Shown: positions 1 through 8,800 of the stretch, piece after piece | How the letters are laid out: each line of letters begins with the position of its first letter | How positions within the stretch are numbered: the stretch's first letter is position 1 | Assembly (NCBI GenBank): GCA_903878805.1 | Contig: CAIRJF010000018.1 | Span: forward strand, 19,276-83,275 | DNA length: 64,000 nucleotides | Source: an uncultured Verrucomicrobia subdivision 3 bacterium | Lineage (GTDB): Bacteria; Verrucomicrobiota; Verrucomicrobiia; Limisphaerales; UBA11358 | Direction of reading: 5' to 3' | The notes under the pieces: generated by a model | Databases searched by the model: none | What the model saw: the letters and a program-made list of their open reading frames with translations, nothing else | What the model was told of the DNA's origin: nothing | Translations under genes and position numbers: made by a program

Positions 1-18
1 GTTTTACGCCCGAGGAAA

Positions 19-420
19 TTACGTTTTCCAGTCGAAGGCTTTTTTCTTCACGGCATAAACGTAGCCCGCGAAAAGAATGCCGAGGAAGGAAAGCATCGAG
101 CCGAGCGCAAGGTTGCGCAGCGTGTGTTCCGCCAGCAAATCGCGATAGACGACCGCCCACGGATACATAAACACCACTTCGATATCGAACAAGATGAACA
201 GCATCGCCACGAGATAAAATTTCACCGAGAAGCGGCCACCGCCTTCACCGATAGGATCTTTGCCACATTCGTAAGCCGCGTCTTTCGCCTTGTTGGACTT
301 GGCGTATTTGCCGAGCAAAATGGAAACCAGCAAAGTGCCACCCGCAAAGCCGACGGCGGCGGCGAGCAAAAACAAAATCGGGATGTATTGAGCAAGCTGC
401 GACGATTGCAAATTTTCCAT
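19..420 (-). CDS. nuoA: NADH-quinone oxidoreductase subunit A
   Basis: 133-aa ORF with three hydrophobic segments and NuoA/ND3-type motifs (AYECG; FDIEVVFMYPW). Stop TAA at 19-21. Presumably the first gene of a nuo operon running off the left edge. Confidence 0.9.
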   Translation of the reverse strand: MENLQSSQLAQYIPILFLLAAAVGFAGGTLLVSILLGKYAKSNKAKDAAYECGKDPIGEGGGRFSVKFYLVAMLFILFDIEVVFMYPWAVVYRDLLAEHTLRNLALGSMLSFLGILFAGYVYAVKKKAFDWKT

Positions 421-470
421 GCGGAAAGTTTAGAAAAATTGCTGGAGAATTCAATAAGGAAAACTGGAAA

Positions 471-1052
471 TCAGGAATGAATCTGCAAAATCACGCGTTT
501 CACCGTCAGCGGCATCGTAGCAAAGTTGAACAATAAACCGTGCTCCAAGCCGACCGCCTTCAAGTAAGAACGCACAATCGCGAAGTCAATATCCTCTAGT
601 TCCGAAATCGCTTTGCCATCTACCACGACCGGTTCGTTCACCCAGATGCCGCCGGCGTTTTCCAGATCGTCCTTGATGCCGAGCGAACCGGTGACGCGTT
701 TGCCTTTGAGAATTTTTGCGGAAATCGGAATCCAGCCGCCGTGACAGATGAACGCCACCAGCTTGCCCTGCTCAAAAAATTCGCGCGTGAGCGAAAGCAC
801 CTTCGCGTCGCGGCGCAATTTGTCCGGCATGAAACCGCCCGGCACGAGCAACCCGCAAAAATCCTCGCTGCGCGCATCCTTCAACAACAAATCCGATGCG
901 GCGGGATAACCGTGCTTGCCGGCGTAAGTTTTGATTTCCGGCGCGGCGCATTTCAACGCGTAGCCGGCTTCTTCCAGACGCAGCTTCGGATACCAGAGTT
1001 CGAGGTCTTCATAAACGTCGTCCAGAAACGCGAGCACGGTTTTGTTTTGCAT
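471..1052 (-). CDS. DJ-1/PfpI family protein (class I glutamine amidotransferase-like)
   Basis: ORF 471-1328 trimmed to the ATG at 1050-1052 (MQNKTVLAF...). Everything upstream lies in repeat DNA. Aligns by eye with PfpI-type proteins, including the nucleophile elbow AFICHGG and VVVDG. The last ~25 aa are atypical. Confidence 0.8.
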   Translation of the reverse strand: MQNKTVLAFLDDVYEDLELWYPKLRLEEAGYALKCAAPEIKTYAGKHGYPAASDLLLKDARSEDFCGLLVPGGFMPDKLRRDAKVLSLTREFFEQGKLVAFICHGGWIPISAKILKGKRVTGSLGIKDDLENAGGIWVNEPVVVDGKAISELEDIDFAIVRSYLKAVGLEHGLLFNFATMPLTVKRVILQIHS

Positions 1053-1080
1053 GGCGCAGTTATTCTCCAAAACCATCCAT

Positions 1081-1145
1081 AAGGAAAGCAGGAAAACAGG
1101 AATGGTCTTTTCAAATTCATTTCTTGAATTCCTGCTTTCCTTATT
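1081..1145 (+). repeat. 65-bp hairpin-forming repeat, copy 1
   Basis: aaggaaagcaggaa...ttcctgctttcctt forms a 14-bp stem around a ~36-nt loop. Matches the reverse complement of 1602-1665 at roughly 60 of 65 positions by hand alignment. Confidence 0.8.
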
Positions 1146-1211
1146 TATAAACCAAACTCCCGATACGACATTTGAAATGCCAGATGGGACAAACGGCATT
1201 TCAGATGCCAT

Positions 1212-1308
1212 AAACCAAGCTTCGGATGCCACAAACAAAGTGTCAGATGGACAAACGACGCTTGGGATGGAGTAAACCAAGCTTCGGATGAAGCAAACCA
1301 AGCTTCGG
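1212..1308. repeat. three direct copies of aaaccaagcttcgg(atg)
   Basis: Copies at 1212-1228, 1274-1290 and 1295-1308, embedded in a degenerate cagatgg/tcagatgcc-rich stretch. Confidence 0.75.
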
Positions 1309-1423
1309 TTATGGCGGGAAAACCTCAAAAAGTGGCAAAAATAGCGACTTTTACCGGTTTCGGCGGGTCAAATGGGCAAAACGAGACAGTTTTGGTGCGC
1401 GATGGGAAAGCGGTGGAGGGCCA

Positions 1424-1510
1424 CCGCAGTCCAAGACGCTGGCGCGTTGACCGGAGCCCCCCGAACTGCGCGAAGCGTCTTGGAGTGCGCCAGCCCTCTG
1501 GCGCTTTGGG
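1424..1510. repeat. GC-rich palindromic module (REP-like)
   Basis: 11-bp inverted repeat tccaagacgct (1430-1440) / agcgtcttgga (1474-1484), followed by hairpin gcgccag-ccct-ctggcgc (1487-1504). Confidence 0.6.
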
Positions 1511-1601
1511 CGGGCTCGACGCCGAAAACGGCAACCAAGACGGGCGCGCTCCCCAGCCGAGTCCCATCCGTGTTGGCTGCTGTTGCTGATGTATTCTATT
1601 A

Positions 1602-1665
1602 AATAAGGAAGGCACGAATTCAAGAAATGAATTTGAAATGACATTCCTGTTTTCCTGCTTTCATT
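1602..1665 (-). repeat. 65-bp repeat, copy 2 (inverted orientation, stem partly eroded)
   Basis: Reverse complement reads aatgaaagcaggaaaacaggaatgtcatttcaaattcatttcttgaattcgtgccttccttatt, near-identical to copy 1. Confidence 0.8.
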
Positions 1666-1692
1666 ATTCATAAATTGGCGTTTGAATGCGTC

Positions 1693-3114
1693 ATGCACGT
1701 CGCCAATCCACCGGCGGAAACCTTGGGCTGGAAGAAATCATTTCTGTGGCTCGCGCTCGCCGTGGCGTGCTTTCAGGTGGCCTACACATCCATCCATCAT
1801 CCCGCAGCCGGACTGCTGATTTTTGGTTACGCCTTCGGACTCGTCAAACTGACCGACCAGCTGAATGTCCGGCGCGCGTTTTATTTCGGGCTGGCGACGG
1901 GCTTTCTCTGTTACGCGCCGCAACTGTTTTTCTTTTTCCGCATCTTCAATGTCGCCGCGATTGTGCTTTGGCTGGTGCTGGCGTTTTGGATCGGGCTGTT
2001 CGCGGCGATTGTCTGCGGCAGCGCGCGGCGCTGGGGCAAAGTCAAAACCGCGTGGCTGATTCCGATCATCTGGACGGACATCGAATACTTTCGCAGCGAA
2101 CTATATTACTTAAAATTTTCGTGGCTGAATATTGGTTATGCCTTGCCTGCCCAAATGAGCGGCTGCGGAATTTATCGTGTTGGAATTTATAATCTGGGCT
2201 TTTGTGCATTTTGTATAATTTCAGCCTGCTTTTATTTGCGAAAACTAAAACTGACTTTTGCTCAAAAATGTGCGGTATTTGCAACTGTTCTCTTTTTAGC
2301 TGCCTGTCTTCTTCCGGGATGTGCAGAATCAAGGACAAAAATCCTTCCAAGATTATGCATCGTCGGCGTTCAAATGGAATTCCCGTCACAAGCCGTCATT
2401 CCACAAATCCTGAATTAAGCCCTCGCCAAAAATACCAACGCGGCCATTTTCGTTTTAAGCGAATACTCGCTCGACGGCGGCGTGCCCGATTCGCTGAAAA
2501 ACTGGTGCCGCGAACATTCGCGCTTCCTCGTCATCGGCGGCAAAGATTTCGTCACGAATGACATTTATTACAACACCGCCTTCGTTGTCGGCACGAACGG
2601 CGAAATTGTTTTCAAGCAGGCCAAGAGCGTGCCCATCCAGTTTTTCCACGACGGCTTGCCAGCGCCGAAACAGGAGGTCTGGAATTCGCCATGGGGCAAA
2701 ATCGGCCTCTGCATCTGCTACGATTTGAGCTACACGCGCGTCACGGACGAACTCGTGAGGCAAGGCGCGCAACTGCTCATCGTGCCGACGATGGATGTGG
2801 AGGAGTGGGGCAAACATCAGCACGAACTGCATTCGCGCGTCGCGCCCGTGCGCGCGGCGGAATACGGCATCCCAATTTTTCGCGTCGCCAGCTCCGGCAT
2901 TTCGCAAGCAGTCAACGGCGGCGGTAACGTCGTCGCGCAAACTTCCATCGGCAGCTACGGCGAAATTTTTTCCGCGCAACTGCGCCTGCCGCGACAAGGC
3001 TCAATTCCCATTGACCGTTACCTCGCGCCACTGTGCGTCGGCGTAAGTGGAATCGTCACGGTGCTTTTGCTTTTGCTCGCGTGGCGCGACAAACGTGCCA
3101 AATCAAACCCTTAA
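1693..3114 (+). pseudogene. lnt: apolipoprotein N-acyltransferase (Lnt), interrupted by an in-frame TAA at 2416-2418
   Basis: ORFs 1675-2418 (multi-TM N-domain with an FSWLNIGYA motif like GFPWxxLGY) and 2482-3114 (CN-hydrolase domain, LCICYD Cys, FKQAK Lys) are in the same frame. 2419-2481 still reads as Lnt (ALAKNTNAAIFVLSEYSL). ATG 1693 preferred over TTG 1675. Confidence 0.8.
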
Positions 3115-3168
3115 AATTGGCGCGCGTTTTCTGTTTGCCTTGCCCGAAATCAGTTGTAGTTTTTCAAC

Positions 3169-3396
3169 ATGAGTGTCACCGCCATTCAAGACGAAATTCT
3201 CGGCCTGCCCGCCCCGGAGCGCGCCCGGTTGCTGGACTTGCTTTGGGGTTCTTTTGCCAAGCCGGAACAAAAGGCGCGTGAAGCCGCTTGGGCGGCGGAA
3301 TCAGAACGACGCATTGACGCCTTCGACGCCGGAAAATTGACGGCACGTGACGCCAATCAAGTTTTTGCCGATTTGAAAAAGGGATTGCCGAAGTGA
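3169..3396 (+). CDS. type II antitoxin, putative addiction module component family
   Basis: 75-aa protein with LGLPAPERARLLDLLWGSF...AWAAESERRIDAFDAG, typical of the addiction-module-component antitoxins paired with ParE/RelE toxins. Its stop overlaps the toxin start (GTGA). Confidence 0.7.
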   Translation: MSVTAIQDEILGLPAPERARLLDLLWGSFAKPEQKAREAAWAAESERRIDAFDAGKLTARDANQVFADLKKGLPK

Positions 3397-3683
3397 GGGT
3401 GCGGTTTACCTCAACGGCGGAAGCGGAACTCAAGGCGGCGATGGAATTTTATCAATCGGCACAGCCGGGTTTTGGCGCGGATTTTCTCGCGGAAGTGGAG
3501 GCAACCACCAACCTCATCGAATCTTTTCCGCTGGCTTGGTCACTGCTGTCGCCACGGACGCGCCGTTGCCGCACCCATCGATTTCCTTACGGACTATTTT
3601 ACCAAATCCGCAGCGACGAAATCCTGATTGTTGCCGTGATGGATTTGCGCCGCGACCCAAAACGCTGGGAAGAATACTTGTAG
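3393..3683 (+). CDS. type II toxin, ParE/RelE family
   Basis: 96 aa with the C-terminal pattern RRCRTHRFPYGLFYQIRSDEILIVAVMDLRRDP, typical of the plasmid-stabilisation ParE/RelE fold. 4-nt overlap with the antitoxin. Confidence 0.75.
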   Translation: MRVRFTSTAEAELKAAMEFYQSAQPGFGADFLAEVEATTNLIESFPLAWSLLSPRTRRCRTHRFPYGLFYQIRSDEILIVAVMDLRRDPKRWEEYL

Positions 3684-3716
3684 TTGGTGCGGCTGCTTCC
3701 AAATATAATTCCTGCC

Positions 3717-5720
3717 ATGTCGCACGAATACGTCTTGAAAGCGTTCACGCCGGAAATCCGGTTGAATATTGACTACGCGCGCGAACTCAACGAACAGCAG
3801 CTCGCCGCCGTCACCGCGCCGCCCGGCCCGGCGCTCGTCATCGCCGGCGCGGGTTCGGGCAAGACGCGCACGCTGACGTATCGCGTCGCGTATCTTTTGG
3901 AACAGGGCATTCCGCCCGACCGCATCTTGCTGCTCACCTTCACGAACAAAGCGGCGGGCGAAATGATGCGGCGCATCTCCGATTTGCTCGGCCACGAATT
4001 GCGGTCGCTCTGGGGCGGCACGTTTCACAGCATCGGCGCGCGGATTTTGCGGCTGCACGCGGACACGCTCGGCTACCAAAAGGATTTCACGATTCTCGAC
4101 CGCGACGACGCGAAGGATTTGATCAAAGCCAGTCTGCTCGACGCGAAAATTGACACGAAGGATAAACATTTTCCAAAGGCGGATGTGCTGAACGAAATTT
4201 TTTCGCTCGCCGCCAACACGCATCAGACGATTGCGGAATTGGTCGAGGGAAAATTCAGTTACTTCGAAGCGTTCACCGAGCAGATTGCCGATCAGCACAA
4301 ACGTTATCTCGCCCGCAAACACGCCACCAACGGCATGGATTTCGACGACCTGCTGGTGCTGTGGCTCCGTCTGCTGCAAGACCACGCAGACGTGCGCGAA
4401 CATTTTCAGCGGCGTTTTCAATTCATCCTCGTGGACGAGTATCAGGACACGAACAAGCTGCAAGGCGACCTGATTGATTTGCTCGCGGCAAGGCATCACA
4501 ACGTCACGGTCGTCGGCGATGACGCGCAGAGCATCTACGCGTGGCGCGGTGCGAACTTCGCGAATATTCTGGATTTTCCCAAACGCTATCCCGGCGCGAA
4601 AGTTTTCAAGATCGAAACGAATTACCGCAGCACGCCGGAAATTCTCAACGTCGCGAACGCCGCGATTGCCGCGAATGTGAATCAGTTTGCGAAGGAACTT
4701 TCGCCCGCGCGTAAATCCGGCGTGAAACCGGCGTTGGTGCAATGTCACGACGCCAGCCAACAGGCGCAATTCATCGCGCAACGCGCGCTGGAGTTACGCG
4801 AGGAAGGCACGAGTTTGAATCAGATTTGCGTGCTGTATCGCTCGCATTTTCACGCGCTGGAATTGCAGTTGGAACTGACGCGACGGCAGATTCCGTTCAG
4901 CATCACGAGCGGCATTCGTTTCTTCGAGCAGGCGCACATCAAGGACGCGACGGCATATTTGAAATTTGTCGCCAATCCGAAAGACGAAGTTTCGTTCAAG
5001 CGATTGGTTTTACTTTTGCCCGGCATCGGCGCGAAGGGCGCGGAAAAAATCTATCAAAGTTTTACGGCGAGGATGGCGGGCGGCGAATTGAAGATGGAAA
5101 CCAAACTTGCCACGGCGTTGCAGAATTGCACCAAGGCGATTCCGAAAAAAGCCGCTGTGCCGTGGGCGCAATTCGTCGCGACGATTTCCCAGCTTGAAGC
5201 CGAAGAAACGCGCCGAAGCGCGGCGAAAATGCTGCGGCTCGTGATGGATGCGGGCTACGACGATTATTTGAAGGAGACGTTTGATAATTACGAGCGGCGG
5301 CTGGAAGAAATTCAACAGCTCGCGGAATTTGCCTTTCAATTTGGCACGGTAGAGGAATTTCTCACGCAACTCGCTTTGCTCACAAACGTAGAAGCGGAAG
5401 ACGACCCGAAAGATGATTCCGAAAAAATGAAGCTCTCGACCATCCATCAGGCGAAAGGTTTGGAGTTTGAGGTCGTGTTCGTCATCATGCTGTGCGATGG
5501 AATGTTTCCCTCCGCGCGTTCCAGCGAGAGCAACGACGGCGAGGAAGAAGAGCGGCGGCTGTTCTACGTTTCCATCACGCGCGCGAAGAATGAATTATAT
5601 CTGACGTATCCGCAGATTCGGGGTGGTTTCGGCGCGTCCGGCGTGGACACTTATCAGTCGCCCTCGCGCTTTCTTTCCGAGATTCCCAAAGGGCTGCTGA
5701 ACGAGTGGAACCTGCGCTGA
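3717..5720 (+). CDS. UvrD/PcrA/Rep-family ATP-dependent DNA helicase
   Basis: SF1 helicase motifs AGAGSGKT, LLLTFTNKAA, ILVDEYQDTN, TNYRS, STIHQAKGLEF, YVSITRAK. ATG 3717 preferred over the alternative start at 3684. Confidence 0.9.
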   Translation: MSHEYVLKAFTPEIRLNIDYARELNEQQLAAVTAPPGPALVIAGAGSGKTRTLTYRVAYLLEQGIPPDRILLLTFTNKAAGEMMRRISDLLGHELRSLWGGTFHSIGARILRLHADTLGYQKDFTILDRDDAKDLIKASLLDAKIDTKDKHFPKADVLNEIFSLAANTHQTIAELVEGKFSYFEAFTEQIADQHKRYLARKHATNGMDFDDLLVLWLRLLQDHADVREHFQRRFQFILVDEYQDTNKLQGDLIDLLAARHHNVTVVGDDAQSIYAWRGANFANILDFPKRYPGAKVFKIETNYRSTPEILNVANAAIAANVNQFAKELSPARKSGVKPALVQCHDASQQAQFIAQRALELREEGTSLNQICVLYRSHFHALELQLELTRRQIPFSITSGIRFFEQAHIKDATAYLKFVANPKDEVSFKRLVLLLPGIGAKGAEKIYQSFTARMAGGELKMETKLATALQNCTKAIPKKAAVPWAQFVATISQLEAEETRRSAAKMLRLVMDAGYDDYLKETFDNYERRLEEIQQLAEFAFQFGTVEEFLTQLALLTNVEAEDDPKDDSEKMKLSTIHQAKGLEFEVVFVIMLCDGMFPSARSSESNDGEEEERRLFYVSITRAKNELYLTYPQIRGGFGASGVDTYQSPSRFLSEIPKGLLNEWNLR

Positions 5721-5804
5721 CCTTGGTGGCACGAAAACAGCTAACCGTCACTTGACTTTTACCGCTGCCGGAAGCACGGTTAGTCCGCACCCGTTTTGCC
5801 GCCA

Positions 5805-8800
5805 ATGAAGTCACGCCACGCCGCCTCTCGCCGGAATTTTCTCCGCGCCTTCCGTCCTGTCTTGGTTTCGCGCGCCGGTGTCCTGCTTTTGTCATTGTTC
5901 GCCGCCGGCAGCGCGTTCGCGCAGATGGTGGACTTGAACGGCAACGGCATGAGCGACATTTGGGAATGGGTTTATTCCGCAACGAACGCCAGCCCCTCGG
6001 CGGATGCCGATGGCGACGGGGTTTCCAACTTGCAGGAGGCGGGTGCGGGGACAAATCCCTTCAACTCCAATTCCGTCCCGAGAATTTCCGCGTTTGTTCT
6101 CGCCGGCACAAATGGCAGCATCACGATGCCGTCGCAACCGGGAAAAGTTTATCAGCTCCAAAGCGTTGCCTACCTCGGCGCCACGAACTGGCTCACGGAA
6201 ACGAGCATGGTGGTGCGCGCCGGCACGAGTTTCACGTTTCCTTCCACCGCCGGCCCGACGAACAAATTTTACCGCATCGTCATTTCGGACACGAACACCG
6301 ACGGCGGCCAGATGAATGACTGGGAAAAATACCAGCTCGGCCTCGACCCCAGCAACGCTTGGAGCAACGCGACGCTCGACGGCAACGGCAATCCACTGAC
6401 GGATTATCAATACACCGTCGGCAAACTTGCGGCGCAAAATGTCATCACCATTTCCGCGAGTGACCCGGTGACCACGCAGCCGGATCCGGGTTCGACGGCG
6501 ACGGACACAGGCGTTTTCACCGTCTCGCGCGGCGGTTTTCCATTGAACACCATCACGGTAAATCTGGCGCCGAGCGGAGCCGGAGCGGGCTTCGGCACGC
6601 CGGGAACAGATTTTTCAGCGTTGCCCGTAGCAGTTGACGCTCGCGGCGGGCGTCAGTTCACAGAACATCAACGTAGCGCCGCTGGCGAACACCAATCTGG
6701 CCACGCCCGTCGTCGCGCAATTGCGGCTGCTCCCCGGCACAAATTATTTTGTCGGCAGCCCGTCGAACGCCAGCGTGGTGATCTACCCTTCGCCCACGGT
6801 GAACGGGCTTGGCCTCACAGGTTATTATTTTACGAACGCCAGCACCACTTACACAAACGTGGCAAATTTCAATCCCACGAATTTATTTCTCACGCGCGTT
6901 GACCCAACGGTGGATTTTGTGTGGACGAACGGCGTGACGCCGAACTTGAGCAACGGGCTTTATTCCGTGCGCTGGACGGGGCAGATTCAGCCGCAGTTTT
7001 CGGAAACATATATCTTCGATGTGCGCAGCGATGACGGCGCGCGGCTGTGGGTCAACGACCAGTTGTTGATTGACAAGTGGGTGAGCCAGGGCACGACGGA
7101 CTGGACGAACGCCATCGCCTTGCAGGCGAACACACGTTACGACATTCGCCTCGAATACTTGCAGGCCGGCGGCAAAGGTGAGGTGCATCTCTCTTGGTAT
7201 AGCGCGGACCAGTCCTCCCAGATCATCCCCGGCAACCGGATGTTTCCGACGAACAGTTTCAGCGCCAGCAGTGCGTCCAACGCGCCCGCTGCCATCACCA
7301 GCCCGTTGAGCGCGGTGGGTTTTCTGGGCCAGCCGTTCAGTTTCACCCTCACGGCGGCCAACACGCCGCTGAATTTCACGGCGAACAATCTGCCGCCCGG
7401 CCTCACGCTCAACGCCACGAACGGCGTCATCGGCGGCATACCGCAAGTCGCGGGCGATTTTCAAAACATCGTGACGGCGAGCAACCTTGTCGGCAGCGGC
7501 TCGTCGGTGCTGGACATCTTAATTCTTAACAATAGCAATTCCATTGTGCGCGAAGTCTGGACGAATGTGCCCGGCACGAACATCGCGGACATACCGACCG
7601 GCACGCCGGCAAATATCACCAATGCGTTTGGCGCGCTCGAGGGCATCACGAATTATGGCGACAGCTACGGCGAGCAATTGCGGGGCTATTTCACCGCGCC
7701 ATCCACGGGCAATTATTATTTTTGGATCGCGGGCAGCGACTCCGCACAGTTGTGGATTTCTGACGACAACCAGCAGGTCAACAAAGTGCTGCGCGCCTAC
7801 GTCACGCCGACAAACAACCCGACGGCGAACGGGCAGAACGGCACTTCGCCGCGCCAATGGAATTTGCAGTCCACCCAACAATCCAAATGGCTCGCGCTCA
7901 CCGCCGGGCAAAATTATTACATTGAAATTCTCCACAAGGCCGGCGTCGGCACGAACGACAACTGGTCGGTCGCGTGGCTGTTTGACCAGACCGGCACGAA
8001 CACCACACCCACCGGCGTTGTGCCGAGCTATCTGCTTTCGCGCTATTATCCGCCATTGCCGGTGAACATTCCCGGCACGCTCTACTCCGCAAATATGCTC
8101 GCGCTGCCCGGCGTCAACAGCATCGCCGTCGGCTCCGCGACCTTGCGCTTGAACGCGAGCGGCACGCAGGCGATTTTGAATTACTCCGTCAACAACCTGG
8201 CTGGCACGCACACTGACCACATCTATTCCGACCCGTATTTGAACCATCCGTCGGAACTTCTGTTCGATATCGCCGCCGCGCATGCGCAGGCCGATGGCAG
8301 CTACGCGTGGAACATCAAGCCCACCGGATCGCTCACAAATGTTGCGGACATCATTGAAATCATCAATGAAAACAAAGCTTATCTGACGGTGCTGGACACG
8401 GCGTATCCGAACGGCGAAATCAGCGGGCATTTCACGCTCGCAGCCGGCTCGCAAAATTTTGTCGCGCCGCCCGCGCCGCCCGCGTGGACGGATGATTCCG
8501 CCAACGCCACCGCCGCCGCGCGTTTCCTGACGCAGGCAACTTTTGGCGCGACTTCCAATGACATCGCGCTTGTGCAGGCCGTCGGTTACACGAACTGGAT
8601 CAATAACCAGCTTGCGCTCCCGGCCACGCACCATCTGCCGGTCGTCATCGTGAATCAAAGTCCCGATCCGTCCAATCCGTTTCCCAGCACCGACTGGTTC
8701 AACGCGTGGTGGCAGAATTCCGTGACCGCGCCGGACCAGTTGCGGCAGCGCGTCGCGTTCGCCTTGAGCGAGATTATGGTCGTTTCGGAAAACAGCACAT

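Larger units (their letters stand above)
1081..1665. mobile_element. candidate MITE-like non-autonomous element bounded by inverted ~65-bp repeats
   Basis: Terminal copies at 1081-1145 and 1602-1665 are inverted relative to each other. The interior has no credible ORF and carries two further repeat families. Confidence 0.3.

Noticed and set aside
1042-1698. ORFs 1042-1275, 1311-1589, 1325-1615, 1351-1698 and 1372-1602 in the pfpI/lnt intergenic region
   Set aside because: They are mutually overlapping on both strands and are built from repeat DNA (ESRKTGM from the hairpin repeat; SVLECASPLALW / RQRLGLRWPS from the GC-rich palindrome). They are interpreted as translations of repeats, not genes.
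3594-4781. 395-aa minus-strand ORF
   Set aside because: It is antisense to the UvrD-type helicase, whose SF1 motifs fix the true frame. This is a shadow ORF.
6625-6640. Programmed ribosomal frameshift in the giant DUF1800 gene
   Set aside because: No slippery heptamer, homopolymer run or obvious downstream stimulatory structure is present at cccgtagcagttgacgctcgc. A simple 1-nt indel, real or from assembly, is more parsimonious.
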